Positions 35,708-49,432 of a DNA stretch of 64,000 nucleotides are shown here, in pieces. Within the stretch, counting starts at the first letter, position 1; every line of letters starts with the position of its first letter. Position numbers and translations under genes: made by a program. Source of the stretch: Vicugna vicugna (lineage: Eukaryota); NCBI GenBank assembly GCA_013265495.1, contig MU057822.1:175852-239851 (forward strand), in the 5' to 3' direction. The notes below the pieces were generated by a model. The model was given only the letters and a program-made list of their open reading frames with translations. It ran no database searches and was not told the origin of the DNA.

Positions 35708-36910
35708 CTACAACCAAGAATACTCTATCCAGCAAGGCTCTCATTCAGATTTGATAGAGAAATCAAAAGCTTCACAGATAAACAAAAGCTAAAAGAATTC
35801 AGCACCACCAAACCAGCCTTGCAACAAATGTTAAAGGAACTTCTCTAGTCACCAAACCATAAGAAAAGAGAACAAAAAGAAGAAAGAGGGGGAAAAAAAA
35901 AAGACCTACAAAAGATGCTTTGGCAATTTGGGGTCCTTTACGGTCCCACATAAATTTTGGAATTGTTTGTTCTAGTTCTGTGAAGAATGTCGTGAGTATT
36001 TTGACAGGGGTTGCAGTGACTCTGTAGATTGCTTTGGGTAGTACAGCCATTTTGATCATGTTGATTCTTTCAATCCAAGAGCACAATATACCGTTCCATT
36101 TCTTTGTATCATCTTCAATTTCCTTCATCAATGTTTTACAGTTTTCAGAGTATGGGTAGCCTCCTTGTTTAAGTTTATGTCTAGGTCTTTTGTTGTTTTT
36201 GATGCAATGGAAATGTTTATGCCAGTTATAAAATTCTAGTTTTTGAAGTGAAAAAAAAAAAGTGAATGAAGGGCTACAGATGGCAAAAATCCTTCTTTCT
36301 TATCGGTGAGTTGTATTCCATTAGATAAATATGCTGTATCTTTTATAATCTGTTCATCTATTGATGTGCACTTAGGATGCTTCCATATCTTAGCAATTAT
36401 AAATAATGTTGCTGTCAATAGCAGGATATATGTATCTTTTTGAATTAATTCTTATTTTGTGGTTGACTTTATTCTTTGATAACTATGTAAGTTTAAAAAG
36501 CTAAAGCTCTAAACATTCTTAGAAACAATGAACAGTACATATATGTAAATTTTAAAAATATGTGCAGTATATTTTGTATATGTATTTACACGCAATATAT
36601 TGTATATGTGCAGTCAAACTGTAACAATTTTACCTAATAAAACTGAAAAATGAAAAAAAATTTTAATAGATAAAATAAAGAAGAAAGACACATGTTCCTA
36701 ATGGCAAACATTTATTGACTCTTTTCTACTTTACAGAATGTATTGAAGTTTTCTTTTCTGCCTTTGATCCATTTTTGTGAGGGTTCCATGATATTTGAAA
36801 GGTGTGTGTTCATTGTGTATAAAGTTCTGTACAACAAGTTGCAAACTGTCCACTATACATACAGTATGGTCAACAAATAATAAACAAAAACAAACCAAAA
36901 AAAAGAAAAA
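35708..36910 (+). mobile_element. Composite retroposed insert (L1 pieces in both orientations, a non-L1 AT-rich segment and poly-A) inside an older L1 3' UTR
   Basis: TSD aagaaaaaaatttg at 35694-35707 and 36911-36925 (one extra A); AATAAA at 36879-36884 before the A-rich tail. Confidence 0.75.
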
Positions 36911-37079
36911 AAGAAAAAAAATTTGTAACTATGTGACATTATAGACGTTAACAAAACTTATTATGTTAATCATTTTGCAGTATATAAAATCATTATGTTG
37001 TACACTTTAAACAATATGTCAATTATATCTTAATAAAACTAGGGGAAGTTTTAAAATAATGCATAATATTCGCTGTGAT

Positions 37080-38245
37080 AAATGAACCTTTCCTCACACC
37101 ATATACCAAAATTAACTAAAAAATGGACAATAGGCCTAAAAAATATAAGACTATATAAATATACTCCTATATAAATATAAATATAAAACTTCTAATGTAA
37201 ATCTTCTGTGAAAATACTAATGGTCTTGGGTTTAGCAAAGATATCTTAAATGTGACACAAAAAATACAAACTATAAAAAAAATAGATAAATTGGACTTCA
37301 TTAAAATAAATACTTTTGCTCTTCAAAAGACACTCTTAAAAAAATGAAACGGTGAACCAGATTGGGAGAAGGTATTGCAAAATATGTCTAAGAAAGGGCT
37401 TATAACTAGAATATATGAAGAATTTTTTACAACTCAGTAAGAAGACAACATAATTTTTTTTTAATGGGCAAAAAATTTGAAGAGATCCTTCATCAAAGAA
37501 GATACATGGATAGCAAATGAACATTTGAAAAAGATACTCAACATCATGAGTCGTTAGGAAAATGCAAAGTAAAATCACAACTATGTACCACTAGAATGGC
37601 TAAAAACTTTTTAAAAACTGACCTTACCGAGTGTTGGCAAGGATGCGAAAACTGGAACTTTCGTACACAGCTGGTTGGAATATAAAATGGCAAACACTTT
37701 GGAAAGCAGTCTGGCATTTTCTTTAGGGAGTGAAATAACTATCATACAAGGCAGCCATTCTCTCCTTAGATACTCACCCAAGAAAAATGAAAATATGCCC
37801 ACAAAAGCTTTACACAAATGTTCACAGGAGTTTTCCTAGTAACAACCCCAAACTGGGAACAACCCAAATACCCACCAACAGAATGGATAAACAAATTATG
37901 ATATATCCATACAGTGGAATGTTATCTGGCAATTAAAAGGAGCAAGCTATTGATTCACACAACATGGATGAACCTCAAAATAACTATGCTGAGCAAAAGG
38001 AGACCAAAAAGAGTGTATTTGATTTCACTTATGTCAAATTATAGAAAATGACAGAAAGGGTATCAGTGGTGCCTGGGGCTGGGGTGGAGGAAGAGAGAGA
38101 TTACAAAAGGGCACGAAGAACTTTTAGGTATGATTCACTGCCTTAATTAAGGTGATGGATTCATGGGTGTTTACATGTGTTGAAACTCAAATTATACACT
38201 TTGAATATGTATGGTCAATTGTCTGCCCATTATATTGTAATTTTT
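37080..38245 (+). mobile_element. Old LINE-1 ORF2 end and 3' UTR
   Basis: Degenerate L1 motifs (aaattggacttcattaaaat, ggaaatgcaaagtaaaatcaca, aacatggatgaacctcaaaa). Confidence 0.8.
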
Positions 38246-38941
38246 AAAAGGTGATTATGAATGAACATGTGTTGAGCATATCTAGGTACACCTAGGCACT
38301 GAAGGTGCACACAGAAGTCAATCCAGATACTTTTAAACACAAAGAACAGAAAACCCAACTTAAAGCGGCATAAACAATAATAAAATGCATTATGTCATCT
38401 ACCTGGAAGGCCAGAGGCTTCAGGTAGAGTTTGATCCTTTCCTTACGACTAGACACCCTATCTAGCTACATCATGGACTCCCCATAATTGTCAGGGAAAT
38501 CAGTTGCAAATAACAGAATATACTCTAACTAGTTTAAGCAGCCACATAAGTTGCAAAAGGTAAGTCACAATTCTGTTTGTTCCATCACAGTGTAAACATC
38601 TTAGTTTTTTTCCTAAATCAACACAGAAACTAGAACATAAATAAAAACCAGATGAATGTACCTCTTCTTAGAAGTCCCCAATACCATATATAAGGAGTCT
38701 TAGAACAAAATCAAACCCAAATCTGATCTGATCTCTAGATCTGATTACCACTTCACAGAAAATAGAGAAAGCAGGAGAACATGTTAAATGATGTGGTCAG
38801 TAAAACCATGATGATGTGGTCAGTAAAATACTGTAATATCAGGAAATTACACAAGAACAAATGACTAGATTTCTTCAGCAAATAAATTGCAAGAAAAGAC
38901 AAACAGAGATGGGGGGAATCTAGAGATTAAAAAAGACTTGA

Positions 38942-39072
38942 GGGGGGAGGGTATAGCTCAATGGTAGAGCGCATGCTTAGCATGCATGAGGTCCTGGGTT
39001 CAATCCCCAGTACCTCCATTAAAATAAATAAATAGACCTAATTACCACCGCACAAAAATTTAAAAAAAAAAA
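38942..39072 (+). mobile_element. tRNA-Ala-derived SINE (Vic-1-like), close to the apparent consensus
   Basis: ggggagggtatagctcaatggtagagcgcatgcttagcatgcatgaggtcctgggttcaatccccagtacctcc followed by the tail. Confidence 0.92.
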
Positions 39073-39528
39073 AGATGTGAGACATATAACCAATCAAAAT
39101 ATACAAACCTTTTTTAGATCATAATTCAAATAAACTATAAACTAGTAAGTAGTTTACAGTTTTAAATAGTAATAATGATAAACTATAAATAGTAATAGTA
39201 ACAATAATGATATAGCTGGGGATATTTGAATACTCAATATTTTATAATATTAAGGAATTGTTAATTTTTAGATGTGATAATGATATCCTTATGCTTATAA
39301 AAAAAGAGTCCTTATATTTTAGAGATATTGACTATTACAGGTGACATAATATGTCTGGATTTTACTTTAAAATAATTGGGAGTGGAGTAGGGAGATATTG
39401 GCTGTGACTTGATAGTTGCCCAATCTGATAATGGGTACACAGGGATAATTCATTATTCTGCTCTCTGGGCCTTTGTATATGTTTGAGATTTTCCATAGTA
39501 AAGAGCTCTAAACCAACAGTGAACTTCA

Positions 39529-39660
39529 GGTGGGAGAGTATAGCTCAAGTGGTAGAGTACATGCTTGGCATGGACGAGGTCCTGGGTTCAATCCCCAGTA
39601 CCTCCTCTAAAAGTAAATAATAAACCTAATTACCTCCTCCTCCAAAAAATTAAAAAAAAA
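39529..39660 (+). mobile_element. tRNA-Ala-derived SINE (Vic-1-like)
   Basis: Consensus head; flanking tgaacttcagg repeat. Confidence 0.9.
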
Positions 39661-40707
39661 AAACCAATGAACTTCAGGGTGTGAGAAATGACACCACTAT
39701 CCCACTGGGATGTACCCAATACTTACTCCAACCTTAGATGGCACACTCTGTCTCTGCCCCAAAGAGTTCAAATTAAAAGTAATTGGGAGAAGTAATACAG
39801 CGTGCAGTCTCCTTTCCTCCCACAAGGCACATGATGAGTGAGTAAAATGATCTTATGGGATAAGAGAGAGACTCTGTAATAATGAGTATCAGCTGGGTTT
39901 CCAAGGGCTTTTGTTGCTACTTGGCAACGTGCCCCTCCCTTGGTTTGGATTCCCCCAGAAGCAGGTCCCAAGACAAAGATTTGAATGCAAGAGGTTTATT
40001 TGGAAGATGATCTCAGGAAAACCTGTAGAGGAGTGGGGACGCCAGTAAAAAGCATTATCAGGTAGGTGACCTCTGTGGGCAGCAGCGCTCCAGTTTGCAG
40101 GGGGACCTCCGAGGACCAGCGCAGAACATGCCTCTCAGAACCTCCCCACCTGCGGGGTCATGAGCTGGAGCAAACACCGACTCAGATCAGTTGCCGACTG
40201 AGGACTGCTATGGGTAGGAAGGACGGGTTTGTTCTCCCTCACTTTGGGCCATGATGCTGGTAGAGCCGAGCGCAGCCAGAGAGAGAAAAATCCTCCCACA
40301 GACAGACGCAGAGTGTGTTGTCCAAGGTGCCCGACCTTGAGAAACCCAGCGGGGCCTGGTAGCAGCAGCTATAGTTCCTCTAAAAGAATGACTGTTAGCA
40401 TTTTGATCACCTAATCATATCAATATACCCATTGCTTAAGTCAAGCTAAACAAGGTGCCCAGGTGCAGTAGTGCTTTTTTAGGGGGAGGGGTGGTGATGC
40501 TTGTGGGACTTTGTCAAAGATAAATGGCTGTGAGCTTGCTTTTATGCAAATCAGCACGCTCTGTCCAGAGCCAACCACTGTGGTGGGGGACATAGCCATT
40601 CAAGTGCCTCCCTGTTGAAGAACCAGACACAGTTCTATCTCAGAATGGGAGCAGAATCTTTAAGGCCATCGGGTTAAGAGCCCTTTATTTTCTGTGGAAA
40701 GATAAGC

Positions 40708-40798
40708 TTTTTTTTTTTTTAATGGAGGTATGTGGGATTGAATCCAGGACCTCATGCATGCTAAGCATGCGCTCTACCACTGAGCTATACTCTCCTTC
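40708..40798 (-). mobile_element. Short SINE (Vic-1-like)
   Basis: Poly-T followed by the reverse-complement head. Confidence 0.88.
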
Positions 40799-41846
40799 CA
40801 AGGAATGATTACCTCTTAAGGATGAGATTTATGTCTGCATGGAGGGTAGGAATTAGGTCCTGAATGATGCAAGATCCCCTTTCACCTCCAGACTTTTCTC
40901 CTAGGCACACACCTGCCAAATGGATGTGTGAAAAACAAGTGAACAAATGACTGTCTGAAGGAGTGAATAAAGTGCATTTTTAACGGTCAGGACTATAACC
41001 AGGTCATCGTCTCATCTATCAGCCTCCTTTGGGCCCCCTGAAGTAAACAACTTTTTAAAAAATAGACCTTGTTGTTTAGAAATGTTAACCTCAATAGCCA
41101 CAGCCCTCAGAATTTGAACCACTAGGAAATCAACTCACAGGCTCTTCCTAGTCATTAAACTGTGTGTTTCCTTTATTTGCGCGCGTGTGTGTGTATGTAC
41201 GAGCCCCTTTTAAGAATGGACAAACAGCCTTGGGATTCCAGAGAAGGGTGGATTTTTGTGTCTGGGTGGGGGTGATGTTTTAGAGAAAGTTAATGTAGCA
41301 GGTAACCTGAGTGTTAGGCTTTAAAGGACAAAGAAGGGAATTTCTGAGCATCTACAGCGTGCCAAGCACTGTGCTGAGCCTTGACCTCGGTTTTTCATTT
41401 AATCTTCGCAGTAATCTGATGAGGTTTTATTCCCCTTTTATTAGATGAGAAAAGGGAGTTGGCAAGTTGGGGATTAAGGGTGTCAACATTTCAGAGCCAG
41501 CTTATTGGTCTCCGTGCGGCTGTTTGCGGGAAGAGAGACAAGTAAATGGGTGGTTTCAGTACAAACACTGCTTCTCACCAACCAGTGCTCAGCAAATCAC
41601 TAAAAAGCCAGAAACCTGGGAGCCCCAAGAAGGGACCTCCTCTGCCAGGAGGGTGAGGAAGCCTTGCCTGTCATCCCAGCAGCCGGGAAGCACCACTGCT
41701 TCTCGGGCTTCTGCAGAAGACCCTTGGAGAAGAGTGTCAGGTCATTTTCTGAGTTGAAACAGCTATAGAATTTTCTGTGCACAGCACATTTATGGACCTG
41801 GAGAAGTGGCATCAACACCAGTGCCCTGAGCCTTGGACCCTGGAAA

Positions 41847-42215
41847 GTGTTAAATACACATTGAATTTCAAAGACTTAGTATAAAAAAGAATATCAGTTT
41901 CCTCATGCATACTTTTTTATATTGAATACATGTTAAAATGATAAGATTTTTGGATATATTGGGTTAAAGTATATTATTGAAATGATCTCACCTTTAAAAT
42001 TTGGGTGGGGTTTGGGGGAGGTAATTAGGTTTATTTACTTTGTTTTATTTATTTATTTTTAATGGAGGTACCAGGGATTGAACCCAGTACTTTATGCATG
42101 CTAAGCACGTGCTCTACCACTGAGCTATACTCTCCCCTCTAAAATTCTTTTTAAATGTGGCTGTTAGACAATTTAAAGTTACTTATGTGGCTTACTCTAA
42201 ATTTCTATTGGACAG
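41847..42215. mobile_element. hAT-Charlie MITE (MER3-like) interrupted by a minus-strand SINE at about 42000-42139
   Basis: Recalled motifs atttcaaagacttagta, ttggatatattgggttaa, aatgtggct...atttctattggacag. Confidence 0.7.
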
Positions 42216-43079
42216 TACTTCTCTAGAGCTAGGAATAATATGCCAATCTCACAGCTAGGCTGCTCTAGGCAGGAGGCAGGGCTACCACCACTGGGCACTG
42301 GCACATTAACTCGGTTTCTGAGCATCATCTCTGATGCTTGGACCCCTACCACCTTGGAGAGCCTTGCCAGTCTTGCCAGCCTTGCCAACAAAAGGGATTC
42401 TGCAAGGCCAATGTCGCCTTTCTCATGACACTGTGTTCTGAGTTCAAGTTTATATGGGTGCATCTGATTGGTAATCAGGTCACACTTTTGAGTCCTGGCT
42501 ACAAAGGAGGTAGGACAGGCAAGTCCTGGCATCTACCTTTGGGAGATGGGAAATGACCAACGTATAAGAAATGGGTTCAAAAGATGCTAGGTAGCTACAC
42601 ATATAACAAATTCTATTACAGGCACCAATCACTGTTCTGCAACATTTTTTGCAGCATGTGGATGACCAGGTCATGAAGTTCCTCTTCACTGGATAGGCAC
42701 ACACATTGAAAGAATCTTGTCTGAGATTTCCTATCAACCTGGAAGAACGGTGCCAACAAACAGATTCTTCTGAGTATAGTTGTATCTTCAATAGCAGGGG
42801 TCTCTGGTGAAGCAATATCCTCAATACTCTTGCCCAGTTGTCTTTCTGCCTTACCAGCCCTAAATCATCCAGACGCCCCATCTTCTCTGTGCATCTGGTC
42901 AAATGAGCACTGCTGAAAAAGATCCCCTATCTGGGCAGGTTGGTGCTGCCATAAATAATATTCCAACATCAAATGGAAGGGGGTGACTATAGCTCAGTGG
43001 TAGAGCGCATACTGTTTATTGTTTCTATTCTCAATCTTATGCTCTTGTTTTCATTATTTTCTTATTTCTTTGGATATAT

Positions 43080-44310
43080 TTATTCTTTTTACAATAAATG
43101 TATTAAGGTATAATTTATATAATGTAGTTCACCCATATAAAGTGTACACATTTCCATGGTTGTTAGTGTGTTCAGAGTTGTACAACCTCTGCAATTAATT
43201 TTAGAATGTTTTCATCACTCTACAAAGAATTCTCTATCCATTAACAGTTCCTCACCATTCCCCTCCCTCCAACCCTTTCCCTAGACAATTAATTTACTTT
43301 CTGTCTCTACAGATTTGCCTATTCTGGTTATTGCATATAAATAAAAGGATATATGATCTTTAGTGTCTGGCTTCCTTCAGTTAGAATAAGGTTTTCATCC
43401 ATGTCATAGCATGCAACAGTATATCATTTCTTTTTATAGCTGAGTAATATTCCACTGTATGGATAGATCAGATTTGACTATCTCTTCATCGGTTGATGGA
43501 CATTTGAGTTGTTTCCACTTTTTGCTTTAATGAATAATGATGCTACAAACATTTGTGTACAAGTTTTTGTGTGAACATGTTTTCAATTCTATTGAGTATA
43601 TACCTGGGAGTAGAATTGGTGAATCCTATAGTATTCTATATTTAACTTTTTGAAAAACTTCCAGATTGTTTTCCACAGTGACTATACCATTTTATACTTC
43701 TACCAAACATGTACGAAGGTCCCAATTTCCTTATATCCTTCCCAACACTTTTATTATTGGTCTCTTTTTATTTTATCAGTCTTAGTGGGTGTGAAATAAT
43801 ACCTCATTGTGGTTTTGATTGCATTTCCCTGATGCCTAATGATATTGATATCTTTTCATGTGCTTACTGGCCATTAGTATATCTTTAGAGAAATGTCCAT
43901 TTAGATCCTTTGCCCACTTTAAAATTGGGTTTGTCTTATTAATGAGTTGAAGGAATTCTTCATGTATTCTAAATATATCTCCTTTAACAGATACATGATT
44001 TATAAACTTTTCTCCCATTTTGGGGGTTTTCTTGATGGTATCATTTAAAGCACAGAAGTTTTTAATTTTGATGGTGTCCAACTTATCTATTTTTCCTTTT
44101 GTTGCATGTGCTTTTGGTGTCTTATCTAAGAAACTACTGCCTAATCCAAAGTCGCAAAGATTTATGCTTATGCTTTCTTCTAAGGGTTTTATAGTTTTAG
44201 CTTTTATATTTAGAATTTGATCCATTTTGAGTTAATTTTTGTGTATGGTGCAAGGTAGGGATCCAACATCATTCTCTGGTATGTGGATATCCATTTGCCC
44301 CACTACCATT
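43080..44310 (-). mobile_element. LINE-1 ORF2 end and 3' UTR
   Basis: ORF 43836-44225 (LNIKAKTIKPLEE...KIDKLDTIKIKNFC...PILKWAKDLNGHFSK) is an L1 ORF2 remnant. Confidence 0.9.
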
Positions 44311-46439
44311 CTGTGGGTTTATTTTGCTATTCTCATTCTAAATTTTTTACGATAAATGCTTAGGTCTTTAAATTCTCAGTATTTCTTCTTTTCTAATATA
44401 AACATTTTGAAGTTGCACATTATTTCTTACTTTTTAATCTCAAAAAGATTAGTAAAATTAACAATCCAAGAGAGGCTTATTCTGTGGCTTCAAGAACATC
44501 TCAGCACACCACTCTGTACCACCCTCTGCCAGGTACACAAACTCAAATTTAATAATCATAGACCTATACTGATCTTGAATGATTATCCTACTATTAATTT
44601 AATAGGATTGACTCATTCATTCAACAGATATTTGTTGAGGGTCTACCACATAGTATCATTATATTAAGTTCTGAGAACAGAGAAGTAAAATAGAGTCCTG
44701 TTATCACAAAGCTTACTGACAACTGAAAAGAAAAAAATTGAAATACTGCATGATAAATGTTAGGATAGGATATGTAATATACGCTGGAAACAGGAAACCT
44801 AGGAATATGATTAATTTTGAGATTGAGAAAGGTTTTCTGGAGGAAACTGCTTCCTCCAAGGGCAAGAAAGATGAATTAGTAGAAGTTTGCCTAGTACGTA
44901 GCAGAAAAGAGTGTGCTGGGCCATTGGAACAGCAAGTGGAAAGACCCAGGGGTGTTAATAAAAAACCTTGACCTTTTGGAGGAAGGAAAAGAGGTGCACT
45001 GTGCCAGGAGGGCAGAGTGTCAGGAAGAGGCACAGGATGAGGGAGTCAGGATAAAGCCAGAGAGGCCCAAACACTAGACTGTGAAGGGCAATTAAACCAT
45101 ATCAGGGGGCTTGGACTTCATCCTAAAACAGTTGGGAGGCCACCGAAGAGTTCTGAGTACGAGTCGGACAATAGCAGATTTGCATCTTGAATGTTTTGCT
45201 GTGGCTGCAGAAAACAGATGAAGGGAGAGAGGGTCAAGACCAGTGGCCAGGAGACCCTTACAGAGGTTGTGGCTGTCATCAAGGCCTGGATCAAGGAGTG
45301 CCCATGCGAATGGAAAGGGGGGAACACTTAGGCTGTGGGGATCAATCAGATGTAGGGGTGAAAAAGGGGGAGCACTGAGGCTGATTCTCTCATTTCTGAC
45401 CCTGGTGACTGGGTGGGTTATGGTTGGCTGTGACAGAGCAGGTCTGGGGAGAAGACAGTGAGTTTTTTTGCTTTTTTTGTTTTGATTGAAGTACAGTCAG
45501 TTTACAGTGTTGTGTCAGTTACTGGTATACAACAGTTAGTTCTGATCAGGGTAATTTGAGGTGCTCATGGGACACTTCTCCACCCTCTGGCCTTATCTGA
45601 ACCTGGCCCTCTTCTGAGGACTCAGTTTCCTCAGTGCTCTCAAGGGAAGGCTGTCTCCTCTCACATTTCCTGGATCTCAGGGCCAGTAGGCTTAGCATGT
45701 TCTCCAGGTTCCTCCTTGCTGCTTCCCAACCTTTCTTCCCCCTTACTGTCCCAGACCCTGGCTCTTTTGAGGTTAATGCCATCTGCTGTACCACTTACTA
45801 CTCTCTTTGTTGCTATTACCTGTGGACCCATTCATCAATGACTTTGGCTCCTGGTTCACAGCCTTTCCTTTCATCCTATTCCAGCTTTTGTCCTTGAGGA
45901 CTTAATTACCCACATGGATGGCTGATCCAGTACTCCTGCCTGTCACCTCCCCACCCTGCCAACAGCCAGCCTCTCCCATATTCTCAGAAGCCCCCCTCAC
46001 CACCCATAAACAAACTTTAACCGAAGGCTGGATTTCAAGCCACCCACCCTTACCACCATTTCCTATCCTCCCAGCCCATTTGCTTTAGTGTCTACACCAC
46101 ATGATTCTTCACCTCATCAAGACCCATTATTTGTATCACTTTTTCACTGCCCATCCGCTCCCTCATTTTCACTTCCTTCTCTACTCAGCTTAGAGAAGAG
46201 TCCGTTACTACAGTTACTCTCTTCATACACCCTCGACAAACTAGCCTGTCTGTCTCCATCTCAACCTCTATGTACTTGATTGGCCAGCCCCCAACCCTGA
46301 AGGTACCCCGACTATCAGACTTTTTCATGCCTGTGCCTGAACAAAAAAAAAAAAATTATTGAGTTGGACCTACTGGTTCCACTTTCAGTTCATGACCACA
46401 AACCTCAAATAAGCACTTAACCCTGAGATCGCCATTTTT

Positions 46440-47985
46440 CCATCTTGCATTCAGCCTTCAACCTACTTTGCTCTGCCTGCTGTCAACATTGCTCCATCAG
46501 AACCCTTCTATCAAGGTCAAAAACAGCTTCCCAGTTTCAAAATTCAGTGCATACTTCCCAGTCCTCATCTCTCTCTACCTCTTAGGATCATGGGACAGCT
46601 GACCATCCCTTCCTCCTGGGAACCTTTTCTCCCGTCTTGGCTTTTGTAACACACCACTTTGGTTTTTCTCCTTTTTGTCTGCTTTTTCTCAGCCTCCATT
46701 GCTGGCTCCTCTTCTACAGGCCTCTAGTCTGGGTACTTCTGGGCTCATTTTTAAACTAAAAAAAGTCTCATATTGTACAGCAACTATATATTTATTAAAA
46801 AAAAAAAAAGCCTTGAGGGAGGGTATAGCTCAGTGGTAGAGTTCCTGCTTAGCATGTCGAGGTCCTGGGTTCAATCCCCAGTACCTTTATTAAGAAACAA
46901 ATAAACAAATCTAATTATCTCCCATCCTCCCCCCTAAAATCTTGGTTCACCCTCTCCCTAGGAGATCTGATCTCTCCAAATTTGTATCTATTGCCTCAGC
47001 CTCTCTTCTGTGCTCCAGTCTTATGTATGCATTGCTAATTTTTCATCTTTGCTTGGATGCCGAATAGAGAGCTAAAATATAACTCATTCAAAATGGATCT
47101 CTTGGTATCCCCCAGCAACCCTGTTATTCCCTTCCCCCTTTTTGAAACCAGGCCAGTTATTCCAGGAATCATAAACCTAGGAGTTGTCTTTCCCCTTGAC
47201 CAACATTCAATCCATCAGCGAGCCCTTTCTATTCTGCTTCCAAAATTTATCTCAGATCCATTCCCAATCTCCCCTCCCCATACCTGCTTTACCATCCCTG
47301 CCCCCATTCTGGTTCAAGCCACCTATCTTTTGCCTCATCTTCTGCAATAGCCTTCTGACTAGCCTTCCAGCAAAGCCTTTTCTTTTCTATAAGCACCAAA
47401 GGGAGCTTTAAACAATGTAAATCAGATATCATACCCCTTTCAAGGCTTCTGCTATAACCAAACTAAAATCCATCCTCTTTTCTGTGGTCAACAAGGCTCC
47501 TGTAAGATGACCTCTGCCTGCCTCTCTAACCCCCTTGGCCCTTATTTTGTCAGGCTCCAGTAGAGCTGCCGCACCCATGCTCACCCGCGTTCTAGTCTTC
47601 AAACAAGCCAGGCTCTTTCTTACCATAGGGTCTTAGCAGTACCCGTTTCCTTGGCCCGGAATGCTCTTCCCCAGAATCCTCAAATGGCATCTCCTACTTG
47701 TAATTCAGATCTCAGCCTAAAAGTAATTATCTTGAGAGAGGACTTCCCTGACTACCTTATCTAAAATATATTTATTCACTTACCCTATTTATTTCCATCA
47801 TATCACTTATCATAATCCAGTGATGACTTTCATTTACTTTTTTAACTGACTGTCCTCTCCCACTGGATGTCAGTGCCATGTGAGCAGGGACTTGGTCTGC
47901 CTAGTTTACAACTAGACCCTAGGTTTTAGAATCACCTCTATCTCCCAGTAGGTGCTCAATGAAATTTGTTAAATCAATGAATACA
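46440..47985. mobile_element. L2 remnants with a Vic-1-like SINE at about 46815-46940 (+)
   Basis: L2-type 3' end (ccatgtgagcagggacttggtctg...gtaggtgctcaatgaaatttgttaaatcaatgaat). Confidence 0.6.
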
Positions 47986-48074
47986 GAGTTAGGCAGTTGA
48001 ATGTGCAGATATGAACTAGTGAAAGATTTGGGCTGGAGACAAAGATTTGGGAATTATAAAAAATAAATCTTATA

Positions 48075-48244
48075 CACAACAAGGTTCCACTGTATAGCAC
48101 AGGGAACTATATTCAATATCTTGTAATAACCTATAATGAGAAAGAATATGAAAAGGAATATACGTATGTATAATTAAAACACTATGCTGTACACCAGATA
48201 CTAACACAACCTTGTAAACCAACCATACTTCAATTAAAAAAAAA
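48075..48244 (+). mobile_element. Severely 5'-truncated L1 3' tail
   Basis: Same 3' UTR terminus as 18210-18387 (tagcacagggaactatattcaatatc...tacttcaat-polyA); flanking aaatctta repeat. Confidence 0.8.
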
Positions 48245-49308
48245 TCTTAATAAGCCAGGAGTACAAGGGAACTTCCTTGACCTGCTACAAGGATCTACAA
48301 AAAAAATCTACAGCATGAAAAAAACAATGAAACATCAAAATAGTCCCTTTAAGAATGGAACAAGACAAAAGTGTCCACTAACACCTTTTCTACACAACTG
48401 TGCTGGAGAGCCTAGCCAGCACTGTGAGGGAAAAAAGAGAAACAATGTTTCAAAAGAAAGAAATAGAAATGTCAGTATCTGGACATATATTATTTATGTA
48501 AAAGAGCAAAATAATCTATAGATTGGTTGTTAGAATTCAGTGAGGTTGCTGTATAAACACACACAAATCAATTGCTTTTTAAAATAATTTTTTATATACC
48601 AGAAAAATGCAGACTACTTCAGTATTCTAAGCTTATCTCTGTATGTAAATGAAAACAACCATTCTATCATCACAAACATCTACATCACTGTGAACACAAT
48701 GAATTAAAAAAAGAAAACAGCCTATAGACATACCAAAGCATGTTATCATGATACTTTAAAATACCAAAAATAACCAAAAAAGCATAGGATTACCCCGGAG
48801 AAGAAAAAAAAATAGGTCACTGACAATGGAACAAGAATTAACAGCAACATTGGATGCTAAAAGAAAATGGACCAATGCTTTCACATATCTGAGGAAAAAT
48901 TATTTGATTTTTAAACATAAAATTCTATACCCAGCAAAACTGGCAATAAATTATAGATGTTGAAAATAAAGGCATTTTCAAATGTATAAGGACTTGGAAA
49001 ATTTGCCTCATGTATACTCATCAGAAGTTATCTGATAATAGGCTCCAGGACAAGAAGGGAATAAACAAAAAAGAATTGGACTTGATTCAGGACATAGTAG
49101 ACTTAGTCCAGGAGAGCAGCCAAGGGGAATGCTAGGAAGACTTCTATGCAGCAAACAGAGCCCAAAGCAACCAGCCCAAGTTAGAGGGTAATATGGAGAT
49201 TTCTAAGAGGGAAATTCCCAAGAAAAAGGGTTTGAAAGAGTAACTGATACAATAGCACTGACAAGGGATTGGGAAGGGAAGGATATTAATTATAATCAAG
49301 ACAGCGCA

Positions 49309-49432
49309 GGGGGTGGGTATAGCTTAAGTGAAAAAGTGCAAGCTTAGCACGCAGGAGGTCCTGGGTTCAAGCCCCAGTACTTCCTCTAAAAATAAATAAA
49401 CCTAATTATGCCCCCCTCAAAAAACCCAAAAA
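49309..49432 (+). mobile_element. tRNA-Ala-derived SINE (Vic-1-like)
   Basis: Diverged head and consensus tail. Confidence 0.85.

Noticed and set aside
38789..38828. Short direct repeats (atgatgtggtcagtaaaa twice; similar small duplications near 15560, 42361 and 58984) as an array or CRISPR-like structure
   Set aside because: Only 2-3 units each with no spacer pattern; ordinary slippage duplications in a mammalian genome.
38942..39020. tRNA-Ala genes (this and the similar copies)
   Set aside because: Each has a shared non-tRNA tail, poly-A and often a TSD, and the copies are diverged. They are SINEs, not tRNA genes.
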